The notes beneath the pieces were generated by a model that did no database searches, was not told the DNA's origin, and worked only from the letters and a program-made list of their open reading frames with translations. The position numbers and the translations under genes were made by a program. This document shows positions 48,411 to 55,212 of a DNA stretch of 64,000 nucleotides, piece after piece (the first letter of the stretch is position 1; each line of letters starts with the position of its first letter). Source of the DNA: Bryobacteraceae bacterium (lineage in GTDB: Bacteria; Acidobacteriota; Terriglobia; Bryobacterales; Bryobacteraceae); NCBI GenBank assembly GCA_052325345.1, contig JBKQVG010000251.1, positions 1 through 64,000 of the forward strand. Reading direction: 5' to 3'.

Positions 48411-48722
48411 TCAAGGCCTTCGGGCTTCGCGGCGGAGACCTTCGTGCACCAGCATTTTCAGCAGCGTCTGGTAGCCGATACCCTTGCGGGTTGCGATCTC
48501 GCGGGCCTTGTTCACGTCGGGCGCAGGCAAGCGCAGGGCGATCTGAACGCTTGCCGGCTTGTTCAGTTGGTCGACGAGGCGGGAGCCCTTGGTTGTGCTT
48601 CCTTTTTTGAGCGCTGCCGCCGACTTGCGCTTCACGAATTCGCGGCCCGCGGGGCTCGCCCACCAATCCGCTTCTTCGGCTTCACTCACGAATCTCGGCA
48701 TTTCATTCCGCATTTTTCTCAT
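48411..48722 (-). CDS. brnA: BrnA-type antitoxin
   Basis: ...VQIALRLPAPDVNKAREIATRKGIGYQTLLKMLVHEGL is the BrnA C-terminal RHH-like pattern (GYQT). It lies 4 nt downstream of the BrnT gene. Confidence 0.75.
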   Translation of the reverse strand: MRKMRNEMPRFVSEAEEADWWASPAGREFVKRKSAAALKKGSTTKGSRLVDQLNKPASVQIALRLPAPDVNKAREIATRKGIGYQTLLKMLVHEGLRREARRP

Positions 48723-48726
48723 CGAT

Positions 48727-49011
48727 TCACTCCCCTTGCAACCGACGCATCAGGTAGTCTTTCTTCTGCCCGGCATCCAGTTCATACGCAGTCACGACGC
48801 GGATCCTCTCCCCCCGTTCGGTCACGATAGCGGCCATCAACCGCCCCGCATCGGTCTCGCAGTAATAGACGTAGCGCACTTCTCCTTGGACATCCTGCTC
48901 GTAGATTAGGATCGGAGCGTTCGAAAGACCCTGCTCGACCTCTAGGCGCTTGATTCGATGGGCCCGTATCTTGCGCAAGTTGTTCTCATCCCAGTCGAAC
49001 ACGTTATCCAC
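48727..49011 (-). CDS. brnT: BrnT-type toxin (DUF497)
   Basis: MDNVFDWDENNLRKIRAHRI...EVRYVYYCETDAGRLMAAIVTERGERIRVVTAYEL follows the DUF497/BrnT pattern (F.WD..K...N..KH...F.EA...F....GR.L.VV...R....IRIISAR). Confidence 0.8.
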   Translation of the reverse strand: MDNVFDWDENNLRKIRAHRIKRLEVEQGLSNAPILIYEQDVQGEVRYVYYCETDAGRLMAAIVTERGERIRVVTAYELDAGQKKDYLMRRLQGE

Positions 49012-49046
49012 TATTGTATATGCATTGCATAACAGTTTCCCGCGCT

Positions 49047-49136
49047 CGCCCGCCGTGGTACAACCTGGTGTCGTGGGTGACGGTGGCCATTATGATCGGG
49101 CTGGCGCTGGCGGCGATCAGTCTGCGGGGGATGTGA
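49047..49136 (+). repeat. Second, diverged copy of the 3' end of the Nramp-type gene, with its own stop
   Basis: 49050-49136 reads PPWYNLVSWVTVAIMIGLALAAISLRGM*. The native end at 48312-48404 reads PPWYNLVSWISVAIVVGLTLALTAIGLRGM*. There is a 21-nt perfect core, tggtacaacctggtgtcgtgg (49056-49076 equals 48318-48338). By hand alignment, 70/87 nt are identical with a 2-codon gap. Confidence 0.85.
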
Positions 49137-49321
49137 ACCCGGCAGCCGCACGCGACAAGTCCGGGACAGCAGCCGTTGCGCCGAATTCACCGATCAGTGG
49201 GCGGGCGGCTGCCGAGGCTCTAGACAACCGGGCGCAGGGGTAACTGTGCCCGGTTCCCTCTTTCGCTGCCCTTCTTTCGCCGCCCTTGCCCGAAGGCCGG
49301 TTCTCCAGTATCTTAGTGGGC

Positions 49322-49576
49322 ATGGAAGTGCATCTTGCTCCCGACCTGCAGGCTAAGATCGACCAACTGGTCATCGAAACCGGACGCGCGCCCGATAAGC
49401 TGCTTGAGGACGCCATGGCTGGATACCTTGCCGAGCTTGCGGAAACGCGCGACACGCTCAACAGCCGTTATGACGACCTGAAAAGCGGTAGGGTGAAGCC
49501 CATTCCGGGCAAGGAGGTGGAAGCCTACTTCCGTGAAAAGAGCGCTACCGCGCGTGGTTCGCAGCCCGGTTCATGA
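49322..49576 (+). CDS. ParD/RHH-type antitoxin
   Basis: MEVHLAPDLQAKIDQLVIETGRAPDKLLEDAMAGYLAEL is an RHH-like N-terminus. Its stop overlaps the toxin start (ATGA at 49573). The start is at M13 of the track ORF. Confidence 0.65.
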   Translation: MEVHLAPDLQAKIDQLVIETGRAPDKLLEDAMAGYLAELAETRDTLNSRYDDLKSGRVKPIPGKEVEAYFREKSATARGSQPGS

Positions 49577-49883
49577 CCGGATACGAGTTTCACCCGGAAG
49601 CCCATGTTGACCTCGCCGAGATTTGGGAGTTGATTCGCGCGGATAATCTCGACGCCGCCGACCGGGCGATTGGGGAATTCTGTCCGCCATTCGCGCGTTG
49701 GTTCCATTTCCCTGTCAAGGCCACAGACGCACCGACCTCACCTCGCGTCCATTGCGCTTCATTCGGGTACGCGAATACCTGATAGCCTACGCGCCAGACG
49801 AAAAGCCCCTCTGGGTTCTCGTAGTCATACACGGGCGCCCCAGCCCTCGCGTGATGGCCGCAATCCTCAGAGGCAGGGAGTAG
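49573..49883 (+). pseudogene. parE: ParE/RelE-family toxin, frameshifted
   Basis: The N-terminal part is in one frame (MTGYEFHPEAHVDLAEIWELIRADNLDAADRAIGE). The remainder is in the -1 frame (ILSAIRALVPFPCQGHRRTDLTSRPLRFIRVREYLIAYAPDEKPLWVLVVIHGRPSP...RE*). The junction is at the G run 49672-49675 (tggggaatt). Joined, the two parts give a typical roughly 103-aa ParE. Confidence 0.7.
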
Positions 49884-49942
49884 TGGCCATCGTGGTGGGA
49901 CTGACCCTGGCGTTGACGGCGATCAGCCTGAGGGGGATGTAG
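49883..49942 (+). repeat. Third copy of the 3' end of the Nramp-type gene (last 19 codons plus stop)
   Basis: GTGGCCATCGTGGTGGGACTGACCCTGGCGTTGACGGCGATCAGCCTGAGGGGGATGTAG = VAIVVGLTLALTAISLRGM*. It is 56/60 nt identical to 48345-48404. Its first base is the last base of the parE stop codon. Confidence 0.9.
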
Positions 49943-50004
49943 GTGGGCTGAATGGCCAGGGCCAACAACCGCTCCCTGGCGGTCGCGGCTCGGAAAGGTG
50001 CGTC

Positions 50005-50241
50005 TCACCGCGAGGGGTTCCGCCGGGAGCCGGCTCGCTTGGCGATCTCGGCCAGTGATCGTAGCGCGGCGTTCACCGCGGCGGCGTTCGGAAACAGGTC
50101 AGCGATCTCGGGGTCGACCACAACAACGTTCGACGATCCTCTGAGTTGCTCGACGTATTTCCCGCGGACCAGCGCATGGAAGTCGGAGCGCTTATATTCG
50201 GCGCGAAGTTCGTCCGCGGGCACCCGCTTAGTCTTCCTCAT
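50005..50241 (-). CDS. Antitoxin partner of a DUF497 toxin (BrnA-like, different subfamily from 48411-48722)
   Basis: The start is at M21 (50241): MRKTKRVPADELRAEYKRSDFHALVRGKYVEQL...VVVDPEIADLFPNAAAVNAALRSL. It overlaps the toxin stop by 14 nt. Confidence 0.65.
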   Translation of the reverse strand: MRKTKRVPADELRAEYKRSDFHALVRGKYVEQLRGSSNVVVVDPEIADLFPNAAAVNAALRSLAEIAKRAGSRRNPSR

Positions 50242-50500
50242 ATAGTTTCCTCTCGGACCGCGTGGCCTGCCGCGCGGTAATGATTCGAATGGAGTCGCCA
50301 TGCTGGCCGTGCGCGACCACGAGCAGGCGCCCGGACGACGACGCGCCGAATGTCACGAAACGCCTTTCGTCGAGCGAATGATCCGGATCGTCACCTGTTG
50401 CCGACAGAGGATCAAAGAACACACTTGCAGCCTCCGCAAAGGATATACCGTGTTTCCGCAGGTTCGCGGCAGCCTTTAGAGCATTCCATTCGAAACGCAC
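50228..50500 (-). CDS. brnT: BrnT-type toxin (DUF497), second and diverged copy
   Basis: MRFEWNALKAAANLRKHGISFAEAASVFFDPLS...GRLLVVAHGQHGDSIRIITARQATRSERKLYE matches the DUF497 consensus closely. GTG start at 50500, with GGGAGGTG 11 nt upstream. Confidence 0.8.
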   Translation of the reverse strand: MRFEWNALKAAANLRKHGISFAEAASVFFDPLSATGDDPDHSLDERRFVTFGASSSGRLLVVAHGQHGDSIRIITARQATRSERKLYEED

Positions 50501-50890
50501 CCGGATGTCTTCACCTCCCTACAGTATAGCCAAAGTGAGGCCGTCCTCCCGATCCGTGCCGGCCTATGAGTGCGCCACATAGAAGTGAGGGAACTGTCTA
50601 AGTGCATGCCAGTCGAGAAAATCCGAGCGTAACCTGTACTTACTGCAACTGGCCGTCGGTGGGGCTGTTAGGGGGGACCCCCGTTCCGCCATAGGCGTTA
50701 ATATGACGTCCCAAAGTTGGCCCACCAGTGCTCGTGGTGCAGGCGCCCCGCCTGCACCACCGAGACTCTGGCAGCGGCAAGAAATACAAACACCGCTGTC
50801 TCGGTAAGTCCTCAGCGGCCGCCGCCTGACGGATGAGCCCAAACCAAGCCGCAGCCACAAGGAGCCGGTTTGCAGGGTGTGTCCGGCAGG

Positions 50891-51100
50891 AGAGTGGTGC
50901 AAACGCGGTTCCCAACGGCCCGCAAACATTGCGCGCTCGACGATTCCGGCGAGCGCACCTTGGAGCTGGCCGTCCGCCGCCTGTCGCTCTCGGCGCGCGC
51001 TCACGATCGCATCCTGAAAGTGGCCCGCACCATCGCCGATATCGCCGGCCCGGAAATGTAGCACGTGCGAGGCAGAGGCGGCGACCGGTCTCCGAAGCGT
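50891..51100 (+). pseudogene. comM: C-terminal remnant of a comM/yifB-type Mg-chelatase-like AAA+ gene
   Basis: RVVQTRF...RKHCALDDSGERTLELAVRRLSLSARAHDRILKVARTIADIAGPEM* matches the conserved Mg_chelatase_C end of ComM/YifB (...LSARAYDRILKVARTIADL...). An in-frame TAG at 51059-51061 precedes the expected final roughly 15 codons. No AAA+ or N-terminal part is present anywhere upstream. Confidence 0.7.
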
Positions 51101-51214
51101 CCGTGCGGATCGAACGCGATCTTACGCCGTTCCAGGGCTGCCGCACCTACCGCAACCGAAATCCGCGGCTGCGGCTTACGCCATGGGCTTATTCTTCCAC
51201 CCCGACGGGCTCGA

Positions 51215-52480
51215 TTACGTTTCCTCCAGGGCTTCCCGGGCGGCGGCGATGGTTTGGGCGATATCTTCGTCGGAATGCGCGGCGGATAGGAAAGCGGCTT
51301 CAAATTGCGAGGGCGCGAGATAGATGCCGCGGTCCAGCATGGCGCGGAAGAAACGTCCAAAACGGGCGGTGTCGCTGCGCTTGGCGGAGTCCCAATCGAT
51401 CACGGGCTGGCCGCTGAAGAAGAAGGTGAACATGGAGCCGACGCGATTCACGGTGATGCCGGCCGGGGCGGCGGCGCACAGGCGCGCGGCACGGGTTTCG
51501 AGCCGCGCGTAGATTTCCGGATGGGCCTTCAACTCGCGCAGCATGGCCAGGCCGGCGGCCACGGCGAGCGGGTTGCCGGAAAGCGTGCCGGCCTGGTAGA
51601 CGGGGCCGGAGGGCGCGATCATGCTCATAATGTCCTTGCGGCCGCCATAAGCGCCGACGGGCAAACCGCCGCCGATCACCTTGCCGAGGGTGGTGAGGTC
51701 GGGGCGGATGCGGTAAAGCTGCTGGGCGCCGCCGAACGCTACCCGGAAGCCGGTCATGACTTCGTCGAAGATCAGCAGGGCGCCGTGCCGTTCGGTGATG
51801 GCGCGCAGTCCTTCGAGGTAACCGGGCTGAGGCGGCACGCAGCCCATGTTGCCCACCACCGGCTCCACGATTACCGCCGCGATGGCGGGCCCGTGCATGC
51901 GGAAGGCGGCTTCCACGGCGTCGAGCGAATTGTAAGGCAGGGCCAGGGTGGTATCGCAGAAGGCCTTGGGCACGCCCTGGGTATCGGCGATGCCGAGAGT
52001 GGCCACGCCCGAACCGGCCTTCACCAGCAGGGAATCGACGTGGCCGTGATAGCAGCCTTCGAATTTGACGATCAGGTCGCGGCCGGTGAATGCGCGCGCC
52101 AGGCGAATGGCCGACATGGTGGCTTCGGTGCCGGAATTCACCAGCCGCACCATTTCGATGGAGGGAACGGCGGCGCTAATGGCTTCGGCCAGCTCGACCT
52201 CGCGTTCGGTGGGCGCGCCGAAGCTGGTGCCGATGGCCAGTGCCTCTTCCAGGGCCCGGATGATGGCGGGATGGCGATGGCCCAGCAGCAGCGGCCCCCA
52301 GGAGCAGACGTAATCGATGTAGCGGTTGCCATCGACGTCGAACAGATACGCGCCTTCACCGCGCTCCACGAAGACGGGGTTGCCGCCCACGCTACGAAAC
52401 GCCCGCACCGGGGAGTTGACGCCGCCGGGAATCAGAGTTTCCGCGCGGCGCATTAGAATGTCCGATCGAGAATGGTTCAT
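51215..52480 (-). CDS. hemL: Glutamate-1-semialdehyde 2,1-aminomutase
   Basis: [13 protein letters not shown]...[25 protein letters not shown]...FDEVMTGFR...[17 protein letters not shown] (PLP lysine context). Confidence 0.95.
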   Translation of the reverse strand: MNHSRSDILMRRAETLIPGGVNSPVRAFRSVGGNPVFVERGEGAYLFDVDGNRYIDYVCSWGPLLLGHRHPAIIRALEEALAIGTSFGAPTEREVELAEAISAAVPSIEMVRLVNSGTEATMSAIRLARAFTGRDLIVKFEGCYHGHVDSLLVKAGSGVATLGIADTQGVPKAFCDTTLALPYNSLDAVEAAFRMHGPAIAAVIVEPVVGNMGCVPPQPGYLEGLRAITERHGALLIFDEVMTGFRVAFGGAQQLYRIRPDLTTLGKVIGGGLPVGAYGGRKDIMSMIAPSGPVYQAGTLSGNPLAVAAGLAMLRELKAHPEIYARLETRAARLCAAAPAGITVNRVGSMFTFFFSGQPVIDWDSAKRSDTARFGRFFRAMLDRGIYLAPSQFEAAFLSAAHSDEDIAQTIAAAREALEET

Positions 52481-52502
52481 GGCAGATACCCAAGCACAAA
52501 AG

Positions 52503-53693
52503 TCACGGCCGCGGTTGGGAGAAGCGCCATGGCACGACGCGGCTGAAGCCCAGGTTCATGCCCATCTCGTACAGGCTGCCGTTGAGGTTGCTCAGCAGAC
52601 GGCGTTTCAGGCCGGTGTAGGGCTGGCGGCCGGCGAACAGATCTTCCATCACGGCGGCGAAACGCTGGCTGTGGCGCGTGAACTCCACCATGCGCCGGGG
52701 CACCGAGCCGCAGAGGAAGCGCCCCAGGAACACGCGCTTGGCCAGTCGTGAGCCGAATTCCAAATCGGTGGCAAAATCGCGCCGCAGCAGGCGGCGGTAC
52801 TGGGCGGCGGGTTCAGCGGCGGGGACTTCGGCAAGCAACGCCTGCGCGGCCAGGTCGCCGGAACGGATGGCGTAGTAGATGCCTTCGCCGGTGATGGGGT
52901 CGACCAGGCCGGCGGCGTCGCCCACCGCCATCCAGCCGTCGCCGGCTACGCGATTATGGCGCCACGAGGCCTTATCGAGACACGGCAGCAGATGCGAATA
53001 GAAACGCGCCCCGGCGGAGGAAATGCCACGCTCGCTCATGTAGCGATCCAGCCTTTTTCGCAGCTCGAGGGCGGGCACGCCCTTGCCGCAGATGCCGACC
53101 GAAAGATGACCGCAGCGCGGAAAAACCCAAGCGTAGCCTTCCAGCCCATCGAAGAACTGAATGTCGATGTTTTCCTGCTCGCCGGCCACGTAGTAGCCCA
53201 ACGCCGCCATGGTGTCGCGCGACTGCAGTTGGGTGCCGAAATCGCGCAGCGAATTGCGCGCGCCGGTGGCCAGGATCGAGTAGTCGGCTTCCGCCATGCC
53301 GGCGCTGGTGCGCAGCCGCCAACCCGAGCCGGCGCGGGACATTTCGAGGACACGGGCTTTTTCGATCTGGGCGCCGGCCCGCTCGGCGCGATCGAGCAGC
53401 ATGCGGTTCAGGTCCAGGCGCGAGTAGATCAGCAGCGGATCGTGCAGCTTCAGCCGCGCTTCGCCGGCGCCGGCCGCGCCCAGCGTGGTCTCCGTGACGA
53501 GGCGCTTCGGGGTGGCGTTGTGGAGCAGAAACGGGTACTGGTGATAGGCCTTAAAGGTCAGGCCGCCGCCGCAAGGCTTTTCCCAGGCCAGTTTTTCGTC
53601 GAACAGTTGCACCGCCAGGCCGGCGGAAGCCAGTTGCGCGGCGGCGAAAGAACCCGCCGGGCCTCCTCCGAGGATGGCGACGCGCCGAATCAT
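52503..53693 (-). CDS. FAD-dependent oxidoreductase, geranylgeranyl reductase-like family
   Basis: The start is moved to M53 (53693): [34 protein letters not shown] (a GxGxxG dinucleotide fold). ...[27 protein letters not shown]. Confidence 0.75.
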   Translation of the reverse strand: MIRRVAILGGGPAGSFAAAQLASAGLAVQLFDEKLAWEKPCGGGLTFKAYHQYPFLLHNATPKRLVTETTLGAAGAGEARLKLHDPLLIYSRLDLNRMLLDRAERAGAQIEKARVLEMSRAGSGWRLRTSAGMAEADYSILATGARNSLRDFGTQLQSRDTMAALGYYVAGEQENIDIQFFDGLEGYAWVFPRCGHLSVGICGKGVPALELRKRLDRYMSERGISSAGARFYSHLLPCLDKASWRHNRVAGDGWMAVGDAAGLVDPITGEGIYYAIRSGDLAAQALLAEVPAAEPAAQYRRLLRRDFATDLEFGSRLAKRVFLGRFLCGSVPRRMVEFTRHSQRFAAVMEDLFAGRQPYTGLKRRLLSNLNGSLYEMGMNLGFSRVVPWRFSQPRP

Positions 53694-54142
53694 TTCTTCT
53701 TCCCGGCAGGTGGCAGATCCTCTGGCGAGGGCATGGAAGCCGGTCCGCCGCCCGCCGGAGGAGCCATCCCGCCGTGCGGATTCGCACCGCCCGGCATGGC
53801 GCCGCCGTGGGGCGTCCCGCCTGAATCCTTGCGGCCCACCACCACCCACTTGCCGCCCTGCCGCTCGAGCTGGTACTGAATCGCCATGCCCGCCCCGGCG
53901 GGTGCGCCTTTGGGAACGAAACTCGCGGTGGCATTGGCCTTGTTGCCGTTGAACTCCACGGAAGTGACCGTCAGCTCCATGGCTCCCATGTTGAGACCCG
54001 CTTTACTGACGTGGTCGATGATCCCCTGTCGGACCGCTTCCTTGTCCGTATTGCTGCGATTGCAGGCAGCCAGACAAAGGATCAGCGCGAGTATGCACCA
54101 TAATCTCACAAGGTTGATTATAACCGGGAAGGGAGGCGGCAT
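53690..54142 (-). CDS. Lipoprotein with Gly/Pro/His/Met-rich C-terminal tail
   Basis: Lipobox LCLAAC. An alternative GTG start at 54109 gives (M)RLWCILALILCLAAC, with TATAAT 10 nt upstream. The tail is [43 protein letters not shown]. Its stop overlaps the next start (ATGA). Confidence 0.5.
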   Translation of the reverse strand: MPPPFPVIINLVRLWCILALILCLAACNRSNTDKEAVRQGIIDHVSKAGLNMGAMELTVTSVEFNGNKANATASFVPKGAPAGAGMAIQYQLERQGGKWVVVGRKDSGGTPHGGAMPGGANPHGGMAPPAGGGPASMPSPEDLPPAGKKK

Positions 54143-54182
54143 CCCGAAAGCGGGGCAAAAAACGGGTCAGCCTGAACTAATA

Positions 54183-54204
54183 CCTTTTCGATCGATCGAA
54201 AAGG
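54183..54204. repeat. 22-nt perfect palindrome (REP-like hairpin)
   Basis: ccttttcgatcgatcgaaaagg is self-complementary. It is followed by aggcagaggtgactggca, which recurs as aggcagagccgactgccc at 54951-54968. Confidence 0.8.
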
Positions 54205-54259
54205 AGGCAGAGGTGACTGGCACAATTACAGAGAATCGCGAGGGTGTCGGCACACGGTA

Positions 54260-54985
54260 TTGTGTATGCCTCGACATCCTCGCTGTGTCTTTCCAGGAAC
54301 TGCGTTTCATGTCACGCAGCGCGGCGTCAATCGCGCCGATGTCTTTTTCTCTCGAGCGGATCGCGAAACCTACCTGGGCCTGGTCCGCGACCAGCGGCAG
54401 GAAGCCGGCGTACGGGTGCTGGGCTGGTGCCTGATGAGGAATCACGTCCACTGGGTGGTGGTGCCGGAGCGGGAGGATTCGCTGGCGGTGTTGTTTCGGC
54501 GAGTGCACGGCCGGTATGCGCAGTATCTCAACGCACGGCGTGGGCGAACGGGCCATCTATGGCAAAACCGGTACTTCGGTTGTCCGGTGGCAGCGGCGCG
54601 CGAGCTGAGCCTGCTGCGGTACGTGGCGTGGAACCCGGTGCGGGCGGGGTTGGTGGAGAGCCCGGAAGTTTGGCGCTGGTCGAGCGCGAAGGCCCATTTC
54701 GGTGGGCCGGAGGCCGAGGATATCGCCATATTGGATTGGAATTACTGGCGGGAGCGGGGCGATGCGGCATGGTGGAAAGAAGCGCTGTCGCAGCCGGACG
54801 ACCCGCGGCACTGGCAGCAACTCAGGCGGTCAACCTACGCGGGCGCACCGCTGGGCCCGGCGGAATTCGTAGCGGAAATGGAGCGGCGATTCGGTCGCCA
54901 ATGGAGGTGGCAAGGCCGCCCGCGGCGAGGGATGGGAAAAGCCGAAAAGGAGGCAGAGCCGACTGCCCCCTTTTCGGCTGCATGA
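54260..54985 (+). CDS. IS200-like Y1 (HUH) transposase of the REP-associated (RAYT) type
   Basis: MPRHPRCVFPGTAFHVTQRGVNRADVFF...GWCLMRNHVHWVVVP (HUH motif as HVH)...RVHGRYAQYLNARRGRTGHLWQNRYF (catalytic Tyr region). Confidence 0.8.
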   Translation: MCMPRHPRCVFPGTAFHVTQRGVNRADVFFSRADRETYLGLVRDQRQEAGVRVLGWCLMRNHVHWVVVPEREDSLAVLFRRVHGRYAQYLNARRGRTGHLWQNRYFGCPVAAARELSLLRYVAWNPVRAGLVESPEVWRWSSAKAHFGGPEAEDIAILDWNYWRERGDAAWWKEALSQPDDPRHWQQLRRSTYAGAPLGPAEFVAEMERRFGRQWRWQGRPRRGMGKAEKEAEPTAPFSAA

Positions 54986-55065
54986 AAAGGTGCAAGTTCA
55001 GGCTGACCCATTTTCCTCTTTTCGGCTGCATGAAAAGGTGCAAGTTCAGGCTGACCCGTTTTCCT
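54970..55065 (+). repeat. 48-bp tandem duplication (2 copies, 1 mismatch) spanning the transposase stop
   Basis: cttttcggctgcatgaaaaggtgcaagttcaggctgaccc[a/g]ttttcct occurs at 54970-55017 and 55018-55065. Each unit contains the hairpin CCTTTTC-ggctgcat-GAAAAGG. It is followed to about 55100 by a run of short (c/g)(a/g)ttttcct(a/c) repeats. Confidence 0.9.
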
Positions 55066-55212
55066 CGCATTTTCCTACCCATTTTCCTCGTTTTCCTACG
55101 GTTTGTGGCGATCTATCGCTTGTGAAGCAGGTGAGCGACGATCACGAGATCCGTTCTTCTATCACCACAGATGCTCGGAGCTATCCTAGTAGTTTCTATT
55201 AGGAGCTTCCCA

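Larger units (their letters stand above)
54164..55057 (+). mobile_element. RAYT (REP-associated tyrosine transposase) unit bounded by inverted REP-like ends
   Basis: The left end, gggtcagcctgaact-aata-ccttttc (54164-54189), is the reverse complement of gaaaagg-tgca-agttcaggctgaccc at 54984-55009 and again at 55032-55057 (22 of 26 positions outside the 4-nt spacer). A Y1/HUH transposase gene lies between them. Confidence 0.7.

Noticed and set aside
50643-50677. Possible fourth, heavily eroded copy of the transporter gene end (LLQLAVGGAVRGD compared with LTLALTAIGLRGM)
   Set aside because: Only about 50 percent nucleotide identity over roughly 36 nt, a gap is required, and there is no stop codon in register. 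This is indistinguishable from chance in GC-rich sequence.
50570-50890. Possible group II intron fragment. It starts GTGCGCCACATAGAAGTG, resembling the GUGYG 5' consensus, and has a GAGCCG...CGGTTC stem resembling domain V.
   Set aside because: No reverse-transcriptase ORF is present. The candidate domain V is about 50 nt instead of 34 and overlaps the comM-derived coding remnant. About 320 nt is too short for an intron. The resemblance rests on a few short motifs.
51062-51214. Continuation of comM in another frame (PVSEASVRIERDL compared with HLAEAIQYRSLDR), and small hairpins before the hemL stop
   Set aside because: The similarity is too short and weak to decide between frames, so it is treated simply as decayed sequence.
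54970-55100. CRISPR-like repeats
   Set aside because: Only two directly abutting 48-bp units with no spacers, followed by 8-10-nt microrepeats. They are part of the RAYT/REP element.
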